A program made the position numbers and the translations under genes. This document shows, piece after piece, positions 24,408-37,275 of a stretch of DNA of 64,000 nucleotides (positions within the stretch are counted from its first letter, which is position 1; every line of letters starts with the position of its first letter). Source of the DNA: Octopus sinensis (lineage: Eukaryota); assembly GCF_006345805.1 (NCBI RefSeq), contig NC_043013.1, forward strand, positions 17,546,001 through 17,610,000, written 5' to 3'. The notes below the pieces were generated by a model. The model had not been told where the DNA came from. It searched no databases and saw only the letters and a list, made by a program, of their open reading frames with translations.

Positions 24408-26503
24408 TGACTCCAGATTGTTTGTCAATCAGTTTGTATAGTCTGGGAATTCAATTGTAAACAAGAGTGATCGATAGTGGTTGTTTAGCCCCAGGTCAGC
24501 CTTGATCAGGCAGACTGAAAATGAAAAGTATCTCTATTATGGCCATCTTGTTTCTTTGTATGTAAGGAACCATATTGTCCTTTTTCTTTAAGGCAGCAAG
24601 GTGGGATTTGGGACGGCTGAGCAACCAACTACCTAGAGCAGTGGTTCCCAAATGTTTCTTTGGGTGGTACAAAATTTGGCCAAGAGTGGCAGAGGATATG
24701 GCTGAGGGTTGCATGGGATGTAGCCCAGTGTGCCACAAGATATAGCCCTGTGTGCTACTAGTCGTAAAATTGGGTAGTGCAAGATATGGCCAAGGGCGTC
24801 ACAAGATCTGGTGAGAGTGGTGCAAAGATTACCAAAATGCAGCACATAGTGTACCACAAAAATAAAATAATTTTTACCAAAATGTGAAAAATAAACCCAA
24901 ATTCTATACTTCATTTATTAAATAATCATTTAACAATTTTCTATTGTGTAAATTATGTATAAAATGATGCAGACATGGATATGTAGTAAACAAGTGTACC
25001 TCCATGAAGGTGGCGAGCTGGACGAAATGCTCAGCAGTAATTTCGTCTGCCGTTACGTTCTGGGTTCAAATTCCACTAAGGTCAACTTTGCCTTTCATCC
25101 TTTCAGGGTCGATAAATTAAGTACCAGTTATGCACTGGGTGTCGATCTAATCGACTTAATCCCTTTGTCTGTCCCCTCTATGTTTAGCCCCTTGTGGGCA
25201 ATAAAGAAATAAGTGTACTTCCTAACCATGAGATCTCAAGTTCAGTCCCACTTTGAGTAAGTATCTTCTACTATAGCCCTAGGCTGAAATTGAAACTGAA
25301 AGATAATTTCTATTCAGTATATCCATCCCTTTTGCTTAAAAAAAAGTTAGTCGTAGTAAATTTGTGGTGATGGTGGGGAGTATAGAAATATTGCCTTTCC
25401 AATAATAATTTTTCCTAATATAGGCACAAGGCCTGGAATAATTTTGCAGGGGGGCTAGTCAATTTAATTTCACACACAAACCCATTCCTCAGTACTCAGC
25501 TGGTACTCATTTTATCGATCCTAAAAGGACGAAAGGTTAAGTTGACTTTGGCAGAATTTGAACTCAGAATGGAAAGAGCGAGAAGTGCTACTAAAGATTT
25601 TGTCTGACATGTTTGCAATTCTGTTGGCTCACCACCTTCTCTTTAATCTTTTATCAGTCATTTGACTGTGGCCATGCTGGAGCACTGCCCTTAGTCGAAC
25701 ACGCATATATATATATACGACGGGCTTCTTTCAGTTTCCGTCTACCAAATCCACTCACAAAACTTTGGTCGACCCAAGGCTATAGTAGAAGACACTTGCA
25801 CAAGGTACCACGCAGTGGGAATGAACCCGGAACCATGTGGTTGGTAAGCAAGCTACTTACCACATAGCCACTCCCGCGCCTTAATAATTATATTGGTTTC
25901 AAATTTTAGCCTAATGCCAGCAATTTTAGGGGAGGGGAATAGACAATTACATGGACTCCTGTACTCAACTGGTACTTATTTTATCAACCATGGCAGAATG
26001 AAAGGCAAAGCTTGCTTCAACAGAATTTAAACTCAGAATGTAAAAAGCCAAAGAAATAGCACTAAGCATTTTGTCCAATGCAATAACAATTTTACTGGCT
26101 TGCCACCTTAATAATTCTTTCTGCTGCAGGCCTGAAATTTTGTGGGGAGGGGCCAGTTGATTACATTAACTCCAGCATTCAGGTGGTTCTTAATTAGATG
26201 ACCCAGAAAGAATGAAAGGATAAAGAGCTGGAAGAAATGCTAATGATTTTTGCCAGCTCACCTCCTTGATAATAATAATGGTAATGATTTACAAGGACCA
26301 AAATCCTTATATATTTGGCAGAGGGTATAATTAATTACACCACCCCCTAGTATTTTTTTCTCTAACTCCAGAATGACAAAAAGCAAAGTCTACATTTGGA
26401 CTTAATAGGTAAAGCTACTTAATTTATTACCACTACTTTTGTCTTGTCCTCTACCAACCCGTCACTAACGATGATATTAATAATATTTTCATTTGTTTTC
26501 CAG

Positions 26504-27237
26504 GCTGTTTGAACATCACGTCAATCAGTTTAGCCAACTCAATCCTTGTACGACCATCAGCCCACTACCTTCAACAAGTTTATCTATTATATTTAGATAT
26601 GTCAGATTGCTGTCATCTGGACGACAATGGACTTGAGATTCTGGCCCTTCACTGCTCTCGACTCCAGTTTCTCTACCTACGCCGATGCTCTCAAATAACA
26701 GACAAAGGTTTGCAACATCTTACTGCTAGTTGTACAGGCCTAAAAGACCTTAGCATCAGCGACTGCCCAAACATCACAGATTTTGGCATCATGGAACTGT
26801 CTCGAATGGAACCTGATCTTCGCTACTTGAGTATAGCAAAGTGTGACAAAATCTCAGATGTTGGCATAAAATACATTGCACAGCACAGTCTGAAACTGCG
26901 CTATTTGAACTGTCGTGGCTGCGAGGCCATATCCGATGACTCGCTTGAGCGTGTCGTCAAACGATGCCACCGTCTTAGGTCTTTGGACGTTGGCAAATGT
27001 GATATCACGGACAGAGGTTTATTTATCTTAGCTAAACATGCTCCACATTTGAAACGCTTGAGTGTGAAATCTTGCTTTGCAATCACCGACCGAGGAATTA
27101 TATTGTTGGCTGAACACTGCCGCCATCTGCAACAATTAAACATTCAAGACTGTCACCTGTCTGTTGATGCTTACCGGACTGTGAAAAAGAATTGTCGTTT
27201 CTGCATCATCGAACACACCAATCCTGGTTTTTATTAA
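26504..27237 (+). CDS. FBXL7: FBXL7 last coding exon (LRR array)
   Basis: ttttccag|GC acceptor in phase 1; tandem AMN1-type LRRs. C-terminus CIIEHTNPGFY* matches the FBXL7 signature ending (vertebrate CVIEHTNPAFF). AATAAA at 27248. Confidence 0.97.
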
Positions 27238-29495
27238 AGAAGTAAAAAATAAAAAATAAATAAAACACTACAATGCCTGTTATTTTTTGCATATTTCATA
27301 TTGCTGAATTTTTATATTTATCAGATAAATGCAAATTATCCTGTCTAATTTATAAGGCATTTGATTTTACTCCACCTTAAACAAGAGATGCCAGCTTCAG
27401 TTCTTGTCATTAGTATAGAGATAAGAGTTGATACTCTCCTTTAACAGATAACTGTTCAACCCATGTTTTTCTTTTGTAAAATAAAGGTGCTGCAGTCTCA
27501 AAGGAAAGCTCCCTAACAGCAGGTGTTGTAAACTGTACACCAGAACCATGGATATAAATCTGACATTGAACAATGACAAAAATGTCTCAAACTGCCCCGA
27601 GCATCTTGAAAAAAGGAAGGGCAGATTGGACAATGGAGCCTGAAAATATTAGGTGGTGGTCATAGCCAGAGCTCCTATGATGATGAGGTCAATCAGAGCT
27701 GACTTGAGAGACAAATGTACAGACACCATTGGAAGACTGCTGTTATCAGAACAACATTGCTTCACACTGTGAGAATTTGTGGCCGCCTACCATTATGAAA
27801 CTCCAGCCTGTATAACTGAAGTGGTTGGATTCTTGACAAATGGGCTAGGAAAAAGAGTGGAAGAAAAAGCACAAGTAAATGAACAAGTGTCACCAGAAAA
27901 TTGGCTTTATTGCAGTTTCATTAAAATTTCAGCTTATTTAAAATGGATGGGTAGAAGGATGCTATGAGTTAAGGGAGAGGGGTCAAACATGGGGGAGGGG
28001 GTGGGGAATTTGCATAGCAGATTAAAATTGAGCTTCACAACAGATATAAAACTTTTTTTTTTACAGATTTTCAGAGCCCAACAAAGAAAAAAATATCAGC
28101 TCACAAAATTCAAAAGAACTGTATATATGTATGCATGTGTGTGTGTGTGTGCATACACATACTATTGCATGTATTACTAGTCCATAGGACTGGCAAAACA
28201 GAAGAGCAACTTATTGTCTGCTTCAAACAAGATATTACAAATGTTCACATTTCAAAAATAGTTTGAAATAACTTAGATCAATATGAAGAAAAAAAAAATT
28301 GAAAATTTTAATTTGTGAGAATCACAAAAAAAAAAAAAAAAGGCAGCATTTAAAAGGGAATTTTTTTTTTTTTTCAAGTTTTGATTAGTAGAAAGTGGAA
28401 TGTTAAAATTCTTGGTAGAAGGATTGTTTTTGTTTATCAAGAGACATTTTCATAGCAACTACGGTTTGTTAAGAGTTTAAAAATATAAAGAGAAAATCTA
28501 TATATTTACTTTACATCTAAAAATCCAGAAGTATTATTTATTCATGCCAAATATATTTCAATTATCCGAAACAAATGAAGACTACTGCAGAATCAAGCCT
28601 GGAACTCCTGTGGTAGGCTAAGCTAACTGCTTATTTGGCAACCAGATAACAAGGAAAATAGTAATTTATAGAAAACACACAAACCAGGCAATGTCAAGAG
28701 AGGGGACAAAAGAAGAATAGGGAGCAGGTAGGGAGAGAGAGAAAGAACCACAGCATTCATTCAGCAAAACAAAGGTCTCTTATTCACTTGTAGATAACTT
28801 GGATAAAATGACTTAAATACTGGGCCAGGACCGGGTTTCATCACCACTGGCAAATAAGAGTTAAAGCTCTAGGCCGCCTGCTTGAAATGGCAGCAATAGT
28901 AAATCTTTACAGGCTTAAGATAAAAATACTATGTTCAGGAATAGATCCTCTGACAGCTGAAGTTAAATAAAAGATAGAGAAGAAAGAAGTGATTGATAGA
29001 AAAACAATCCACTAAAATGTATCTATACTGACCAAATACTCTCATCTAATACAAAGCCAGTTACTTCAGGAACAGCCCATATGAAACCATTGTATTACTG
29101 ATACATTTTTTCTCACCACAAAGAGATGAAAAATGTCAATCCCAGCAACACTTGAAATCAGAAGTATGTTTCACTACTGTAAATGTAGTCAGTCTAGGGT
29201 TCAAATACGACCCATACCCCCCCCCAACATACAAAATGCTGTTCCACCAATTCTGTTAACTGACTGACAGCACCACAAACCACTTTATTCATTTCAATTA
29301 TTAGAGAAAGGCTTCAAAATGAATCTAATTAGCAATTATTGCCTTGCTTTCAGCAGAAACTTAACTAGTAGGCAGACAAAAGAAAAGCAACACAGTTGCT
29401 AATGAGAGAAAGGTAACAAAAAAAAAAAAAAAAAAAGTGAACGTGTGTATATGCGTATATATATATATATATATACACATACATACATACACACA

Positions 29496-30188
29496 CTAAG
29501 TTCTATGTTCAATAGTTTTGTCATCAATGGACTGCTGACTAGCAATTGGTGAAGTCGGACCAGTATCTGGTTTGGTTTTGAGAGATGTTAGTGCAGGTGT
29601 TACGGTCCCCTTCAATCCAGATGCTGTCTTTTGAGGCGGAGTCGATGCAGGCGATTTATGGGAGTTCTGAGTTGTTGGTAATTTCCCAACTGACTGTGAC
29701 TGCTGAGTCAACTTTGCAGCCGACTGCAACAATTGTTGGTTATGAGACAGCTTCATCTGTTGAACCCACCGATTCTGTAGCATCTTGGTTGGCTGCTGCA
29801 GTGAAGAGCTCTGCAAAATTTTCGATGGTTGAATCTGAATACCCTGCTGCAGTTTAAGTGTAGAAGGTTGGGATGTCTGAGTTTGAGCCTGTGACTGTTG
29901 GGCTTTAAGTTGCAGTTTATGTTGTGACAGCTGCAGCTGTTTCAAGTGCTGCAGGTGCCCTGACTGTACATTTGAAGCTAGCAGCATTGGTGTTGAACTC
30001 TGAGCAGTCTGTAACACAAGATGTTTAGTGCCTTCTAGTTTGCTAGTCAGTGATGAAGGTTTGCAAGTTTTATCTAAACTCGGATCAAATGTCAATGGTT
30101 GATTCGACACTGGATTGTTCTGAGAACCTTTTTTGTTGATAGCAACTGAATTAGTTTCAAACTTGTTTGATGCTTGCTCAGATTCAAG
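29496..30188 (-). CDS. KANSL2: KANSL2 last coding exon, Q/S/T-rich low-complexity tail
   Basis: tttttcag acceptor in phase 0; 231-codon open frame ending TAG at 29496; overlaps the ORF-track entry 29496..30110. Confidence 0.75.
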   Translation of the reverse strand, partial: LESEQASNKFETNSVAINKKGSQNNPVSNQPLTFDPSLDKTCKPSSLTSKLEGTKHLVLQTAQSSTPMLLASNVQSGHLQHLKQLQLSQHKLQLKAQQSQAQTQTSQPSTLKLQQGIQIQPSKILQSSSLQQPTKMLQNRWVQQMKLSHNQQLLQSAAKLTQQSQSVGKLPTTQNSHKSPASTPPQKTASGLKGTVTPALTSLKTKPDTGPTSPIASQQSIDDKTIEHRT

Positions 30189-33100
30189 CTGAAAAATATA
30201 AAATATTTTGGGGTATTTTATTAATTAATAATTCAATGTTAATAGGGTAACTGAAGTGACAAACTGCAGTTCTACTATTGAGTCTATACTATGACCCTAG
30301 GCAAAGAACATGACTGCTTGCTCCAAACTAATTACACTCAATAGTCTAGGGTAGAGAGTAGTAAGGATTTTCCAACAATAATTCTCATTTATATAAAAAT
30401 GAGAAATTAATGCAAAATAGCAGAAAGTCACATTGCTGAAGACTAATTATTTGGTTTAACTATTTATAACACAATTCTTACAGAAGTACAGTTAGGCCGC
30501 CGTAAGAGTTAAAAAGAGAAGAAAGACATTTAGTGTTGTGGTATACAATCCACAGAACTGTAAAGTAAAGGTGGAACAAGTTTGTCAGTCAGCTAACCTG
30601 AGTCTATCAGAATTATGAACCTTGCCTAGGCACAACATAACTGCAATAATTTCACTTCTGTATTGGTATATAAAAACAAGAGACAAAGTTTTGAACATGT
30701 CAATGTATTCTATTAACCTGGCTGATGAGGTATACCTCTGCATGCACCCTTATTTTACAGGGACACTTTGTGATGTTGGAAATTTAGCAAGGTTCATCTT
30801 ACATTTAGTAAGTTATAAAGTTGTTTTTTGAGTAGAGAAAAAATATTTAATGCACATAAATACAAAATAAACTGGCATCAAGAATTAAATCATATATAGT
30901 AACATGATACTAACCTTGAAAGGAAAATAAATTAAATTTACTATAGCTGAAAAGAAATACCATATATTGGTATCAGTGAATACTGGTACATGGAAATAAA
31001 GCAAAAATATATTGGTAAAAACTAGTACAAGCAGTAAAAAAACAATAAACGGAAATGAATTCCTACAGATACAATACATGCACACAAAAAGCAAATATTT
31101 CATTAATATTACAATAGCAAGCAACACGAAATAATCTGTTATTTCAGTGAATGGCAAGCACTGAAGTACAATAACTGGGGAAGGAAAAATATCAAGGAGG
31201 CGTGAATCATCATCATCATCAGCCAAACCTGGGAAACTAGAACTAAATAAACTGACATAATCTCATTGTTCATATCAAACTACTTTCTTAACTGAATTTC
31301 TCTGCCGTAAGGATCTGGGAAGTCAGTTTTTTCTTTCAAGAAATAAACACACTGCCTTCCCCGCCAAGGGCATTAATTCATGCTACATCTCTCACAACCC
31401 CCTCTATAAGATATCTAAAGGCTGCAATACACCTGATATTTCAACGAAGTCTTTAGTCATCTGAAACTAATAAGACAAGTTTCTTCAACAACCCATCACG
31501 ACATCTGCCCCATACTTTATCTACGCAATTTCAGTACCCCTTTATCCAGCTAAGTTTTCAGAGAGGCATGAACAACAAACTCCATAAAATGTCCTTTCTT
31601 AGGTAAGATCAAAGTTAAGTTTTGTGCTATCAGCACAAAATACTAAAACATCTACATCAATGTGTGTTCTCAAGCCTCATATTTTAGCAGTTATAGATGC
31701 AGCACCTTTGGATTGTATTAAACTTTATTAGAGAGAACCCAATCATATTTCTTATCTGTAGAAGTTGAAAATTATTTCCTTTTCTTACATTGTTTACACT
31801 CCACCAACCAAAACATTGTCTCAAATAAGAAAGAAACTACATGTGTCCTACATGCAGAGTTGGGCTTATTATTATATGCTTTAGCATTTAAGCCAGCCAT
31901 AACCAGCCCAAATATTCTACCTGTTTTATGTTCAAACTGGCCTCTGGCCTCTTACATCTACTCTAGAATGTTGTTCTAAAAATAAGCAATCACATCCTTG
32001 AAATCTTAAAGCTATGAGATAACACATGAATTCAAAACAATGTGGATAAATAAGCATCACATTTGACAGAGTAATCTGAATACTGAACAATTAATGCACT
32101 AAAACCTTTTTCCTGGATTTGCACTGCTGAAATTAAAGTGTATCTATATGTTTGTGCATATTTTGGCATCAAATATGATACATGTAAATCTTGGCCATCT
32201 TATCCTCAGGGGTGGGGGACTAATTGTCGTTCTGGCTCCCATACAAATTATTTTTTGCTGATAAATCTGGATGCACTGTGATGCAGATTCTCTAAAAATC
32301 AATCTTCAATATCTGCTTCTTGTTAGCCTTGAATTTTGCCAAATACTGAAACATTCAAACTTCTCTGATTCACCCACCATCCTTTGCTTAATTCCCCAAT
32401 ACTGGCTATTTGGCAATACCCTTATGGGGACAGTGTTTACTACATCTAGCAGCTTTCGGATGATCTTGTTTCCAGCTGGTCATTATTTTATCACTGATGG
32501 ACAAAAATCACAGCACATACTCTTTCACAAAAACTACAACTTAAATATCTTAGTAATTCCATGTTTGTTCTGTAAGAAATTTACCATAAATCAAAAATGC
32601 TTGTTGGGGGAATACCACCACCCACCTGTCACCTGTGTGTGATTTCTTCATATTTTGGCAGAGAATTAGAGAGGATGTGCTACTCATAGTGAAAGTTGAA
32701 GGCAGAGTGAAGATCACATTTCCCTGTAGCTTTTCTCATGTAAATGTAACCCACACCAGGTGTGTCATATTATTTAATGGTTGTTAATGGTAATAATACC
32801 TTGTGTTGTTGCAATCTACCACTGGAGAGCAGCACTGCTGCCACTACTTTGTCATCAGTCATTTGCACTGTGACTTAAACAGTAGACGACATCAATTGCT
32901 ATTTCAAAAATTTTTCCTGGACACAACCAACATCAAAAGTGAATACTTTGATACATTTTGATGAGATTGTAAATTTTATAGGGCAAGAGACTAATTATAG
33001 CTTTTGTACTTGCAGAGCAAGAACTACAGAAGGATAATACAATGGGGAGGTGTGACTGAAAAAAATGGTTATCACAAGGCCTAGGAGATACTATGAAGAT

Positions 33101-33898
33101 GATACATAATCAGCAAGTTTGGAGAAGCAGAGGCCATCACAGTAGCAGTTGAAAAATTCAGTGCGCCTGTAACCAAGAGATTGAAGCACATTTATTGTGA
33201 AGCTTAAAAAGTACTACAGTGTCCTCTGGAAAGTTCAGTTTTATTACAATACAATTTTAGAAGAATTTGAATAAGAGTTTGCCCACCAGAAGCCAAATGT
33301 GTCTTGTGTGTGACAAATTTTTCATAAGACTTGCAACTACAGCAGTTATTTAGAGTTATGTGGACTGAATTATTATGGCCAATCAACTCAACCATTTGTG
33401 GCATCTCAGTATCTCACAATTGGTTTTTATAGTTCAGATAAATCTAAAGTGTAAGCAAAATGTTTTTAAAAGTAGCTCCTGACAAAAAAACAAAAACCCC
33501 CACTTGAGTAAGGTTTTGAAACACCTTATGGCAAGGAAGGGTGTTCAAATTCAGTGCAAGTGCTTTCTTTTTATAGGTAAAGCATGTTTTTCAACACTGC
33601 TTCAGTTTACCTCACTATGAAGCATATGTACCTGACATTTTCTCATAAAAAAAAGAACTCAATAGAGTTGGTCATCCATTGATAAATACCCGTGAATGAG
33701 TGATGTCAAACATCTATCTACAGCAAAAGCAGTGTAAACAATAAAAATATAATTAACTGTACACACACACACACACACACTTCCATGTCCTCTCATGTCT
33801 GTCTGCTATACTACAGATGTTTGAAACAAACAGAAACCCAAAGGAATAACACTAAAAGGAGAACAACTCTGAATCAAGATGATAGAAAATCAACTTAC

Positions 33899-34058
33899 AT
33901 TTTCTAATTTAACTAGAGGGACTCTTGTATGCATCTCTTTAATCTGTACATGTTCTTGGCAATAGCAGTTGTCAGCTATGACAGAAACAGGCTTGGAACA
34001 GGCACCATTGGCAAAAGGACACGGTTGATAAGCACCTGGTCAGGATCATATAAGATAT
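33899..34058 (-). CDS. KANSL2: KANSL2 exon 8, with an apparent 1-nt deletion at ~34030
   Basis: HILYDPDQVL in one frame and YQPCPFANGACSKPVSVIADNCYCQEH in the adjacent frame. The exon is 160 nt, while its flanking phases (1 to 0) require 161. Confidence 0.85.
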
Positions 34059-35399
34059 CTGAACATATGTTAAGGAGAAACTTTACCTTGTTTCTGAAGC
34101 AAAAAAAAAACCCATCACATTTATATAATTTTCTTTTTAAATTCAACTATTGATCTGTTAATTATTTTTTTATATTTACTCATAAAAATTCTCCTTCAAA
34201 CTGAAAAAGAAAAAAAAAAGTATGTTTTTATTCATAAACATAATTCTACCTCTCAAGCTGAGATATCTACTTGTCTACCTATCCATCTGTCCGCTTAGTT
34301 GTCTATATAAAATGAAGATATAGCAATCACAGCTGATACTTTATTCACTATATGCAATTCACGAACATGATCAGTTTGTGAACATAACCTGTGTTGTAGT
34401 TCACATAATCACTACAGTAAAGCTTACCTGAACAGCTAGACCATCATTTCACACTGTGTGTATGACCCAATGTACACAGTCAAGGAACTGGGACTAACTC
34501 TCAGTCAATATTTGTTGCAATTTCACACGCTTTAAAAGACCAGTTCTTCTAACTTCCTAAGTAAATATTGTACCACTGAAACCTCTAAATAACATATGGT
34601 TGAACTATTAAATACCAGTTAAAAATAATAGGTTTAAATATAATTACACTATATGACATACAGATAAAATTTAAATAGAAAATGAAAATAGTACTTTAGA
34701 GTACAGGAAAGAAGCAGAGAGGAATCCAATAATGATTTCACAAATCTAGTACTTGCCTGCTAGTTCACTCTTCAAACGCTGGAAAATTTTAATTTAAAGA
34801 TGCCAAGAAATGATACTAATAGCTCATCAAGCATGAAATTTGTAATAAGGTATATGGTAAACTTTGACAGCTGCTCATTTTGTGCCATTATTATATTTTG
34901 ACAATATTTTTTGTTAGAAAGTTGACATCTGTTTCTTTATTCTAACTCATTTTGTGCTTTATAAAGTATTTATAAATCGTTTTCTGCTATTTTTAATTAG
35001 AGATGGATGATAAGTTGGAAATTTTACCATTGAGTGTGTTAAATTATAAGACACCAAAAGAAAATGACTCTCCCCAGACACAACAGACTAAATATTGTAA
35101 ATTCAGTCCAGCTGAAGCTGAAATGGTAAAACAATAACAAGAGTGCAAACCTCCATCAAGGCAACACCAATGTCCTCTCAACAATTAGCCAGAGATGATT
35201 TTTTAAAATGAGAATATCTGAAATAAACTCGACTGTTCTCACAAGTGAGAATACTACAAATGAACCCGACTGCTCTCAAAATTAAGTAAAAAAAATGGAA
35301 AAACAATCCAGAATCCTTGACCAGTACCTGATCGATACCAATGGTAGTCATGGAATGTGAAGGTGCGGGCTGTGTTTGTAATGCTACGTGTGTCATCTG

Positions 35400-35570
35400 C
35401 AGTGGGAACCGGGATGGTTTTCTCTATGAAAACCCTTTTCAGTCTGTCCACTGATATAGTGTCTTTACGACCTGAAGGTCGATAGTGAAAAATTTATGTG
35501 CGTGAAAGAGAATGGTGGTGTTTAATGGAGGCTTAACAACATCGTTGCACACGACAATGTGAGTTCAAGT
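35400..35570 (-). mobile_element. Degenerate Ty3/Gypsy integrase C-terminal fragment
   Basis: THIVVCNDVVKPPL...HKFFTIDL(Q)GRKDTISVDRLKRVF with a frameshift; resembles the gypsy post-integrase motif ..TVSIDRLKP. Confidence 0.6.
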
Positions 35571-35884
35571 AAAGCTTCCTTCAAGGCAGAGCTAGAAATG
35601 CAACTGCCAAATAGGTTAAGAGGTTTTAAACAGGAACGATATATTCAAAATTGGTAAAACTAAAAATTGTCTAGGATAAATTAAATTTATTATTGTTACT
35701 GAATATGTTAGTGTTATTTAATTTCTGAATGGTTTTGCTGCCATTTGTTTATGTAGTTTGATTGCTTCATCCATCAGTTTCTACTAAGATGGAGACGCAA
35801 GTAAAGTCAATAATAGAAAAATGAAAATAAAACTTTGGAAACAGCAATGCTGCCATAACTTACATGGAAACCATGAGCATGTTT

Positions 35885-36145
35885 TCAAGGGAGATAATCA
35901 GAGAAAGACTTGAAAGTCAACACAAATCGTAATACTTCATGTAAAGTAAGTAATACTTCATGTAACAATCCAGAATCTTGTCCGTAGCCAGATCGATCCC
36001 AAAATCTAATTAGTTCGTGCCTATCGCGAGGCCAAACATCCCTGAAAGCTTCATCCAACAGTTCCTGAGATATCTTGTACACAGACAAACAAACAAACAC
36101 GACTGAAAATAATATCTTTGCCTTTGATTAGGCGGAGGTAATTAT
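35885..36145 (-). mobile_element. Non-autonomous DNA repeat, class uncertain
   Basis: attacctccgcctaatcaaaggc...(gttt)n...caagatatctcaggaac...gatctggc architecture typical of a widespread marine-animal non-autonomous family. Confidence 0.45.
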
Positions 36146-36233
36146 CACAACAAATTAAAATAAAAGGATTCCAAACATCTGAGCAAAAAAAAAACAACAA
36201 AGAACCAAGAATAGCATAAAATAAAAAGGATAC

Positions 36234-36387
36234 GTTCATTACAAAATTTTGAGAGTGGCATGGCTCGGGAATTACATTTAACGTTGCTCTCACTGTGAAT
36301 GCATTTAGGATAACCAGGGGGCCGATGGTTTGTACCTTCTGTCATTGCAATTCTTCGTCTCTTTGATTGCTGATACAATAATGTCTC
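36234..36387 (-). CDS. KANSL2: KANSL2 exon 7 (second zinc finger)
   Basis: ETLLYQQSKRRRIAMTEG...KCIHSESNVKCNSRAMPLSKFCNE(H); canonical splice sites. Confidence 0.9.
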
Positions 36388-36772
36388 CTAAGAATGGAGG
36401 ACAAAGAGGAAACAGGGTTTAATTAAAAATTAACAAGAAAACTACAAAATAGGCGCGATCTATTTTAATACCAATAATTATCAACTTGGAAAATAATCTA
36501 ACAGTTTAAAATTTTTTAAAAAATTTTAATTGACAAATTTTGTTTCACCAGAAAATTTTAGTTATGATCAGTTTATAATTTTATGGAAATGACTACAATT
36601 CAGAAGTGGTACAAAAACACTGAGTACTTGAAACAAAGAAAATATAATTAATTACAACAAAATAAAACTCAATAATATGTTAAGTTCAATGAACTTTACA
36701 TATTATGACAACTCCACACCAATTTTAAAATGCATATTGGAAAAATAGCTTAACAATGGCAAAGACATTTAC

Positions 36773-36864
36773 CTTGCAAAATCGTCGATGGTGTCTCTTC
36801 ATAGCAACAAGTTTAGCATATTTATCTTTCTGATCTGGAGATGTTTTATAGGCTTGTACAGGGC
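36773..36864 (-). CDS. KANSL2: KANSL2 exon 6
   Basis: GPVQAYKTSPDQKDKYAKLVAMKRHHRRFCK; ttgtag and AAG|gtaaat sites; phases 1 to 0 bridge exons 5 and 7. Confidence 0.85.
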
Positions 36865-36924
36865 CTACAAGATAAAACGAAAGGTTGGATGCCATTCGTA
36901 GGTAATACTGATAATTCTGAAGTA

Positions 36925-37275
36925 ATAACAGTAATAGTAGTAGTATGGGGGCATGTGTTGCAAAGGTGCGTCACCGCATCCACCATTTGTTGGCAATTCC
37001 CTAATCCTGGTGGATGACATCATTGCACCACTTAAGCAACAATCATCCGACCCCATGGGCCTATTTTGAGTAGTTGTTGCTGGTGAAGGTTTTATGAGGT
37101 CAGAGTGCAATTCCTACCCCAACCTCTTTTAGTCACCTTTTTATGACATGCCAGTCCCCACACAGCACTAGAGCAACGTGAAATGAAGAACTTTGCTCAA
37201 AAACACAACATGCCACCCAGTCCGGAATCAATCCCATGATCGTGATTGCAACATACTTACCACTAGGCCATGCAC
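36925..37275 (-). mobile_element. tRNA-derived SINE, fifth family
   Basis: Minus strand gtgcatggcctagtggtaag...gattgattccggactgg head, gagcaaag..catttcacgttgct central part and (TAC/TTA)n tail. Confidence 0.6.
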
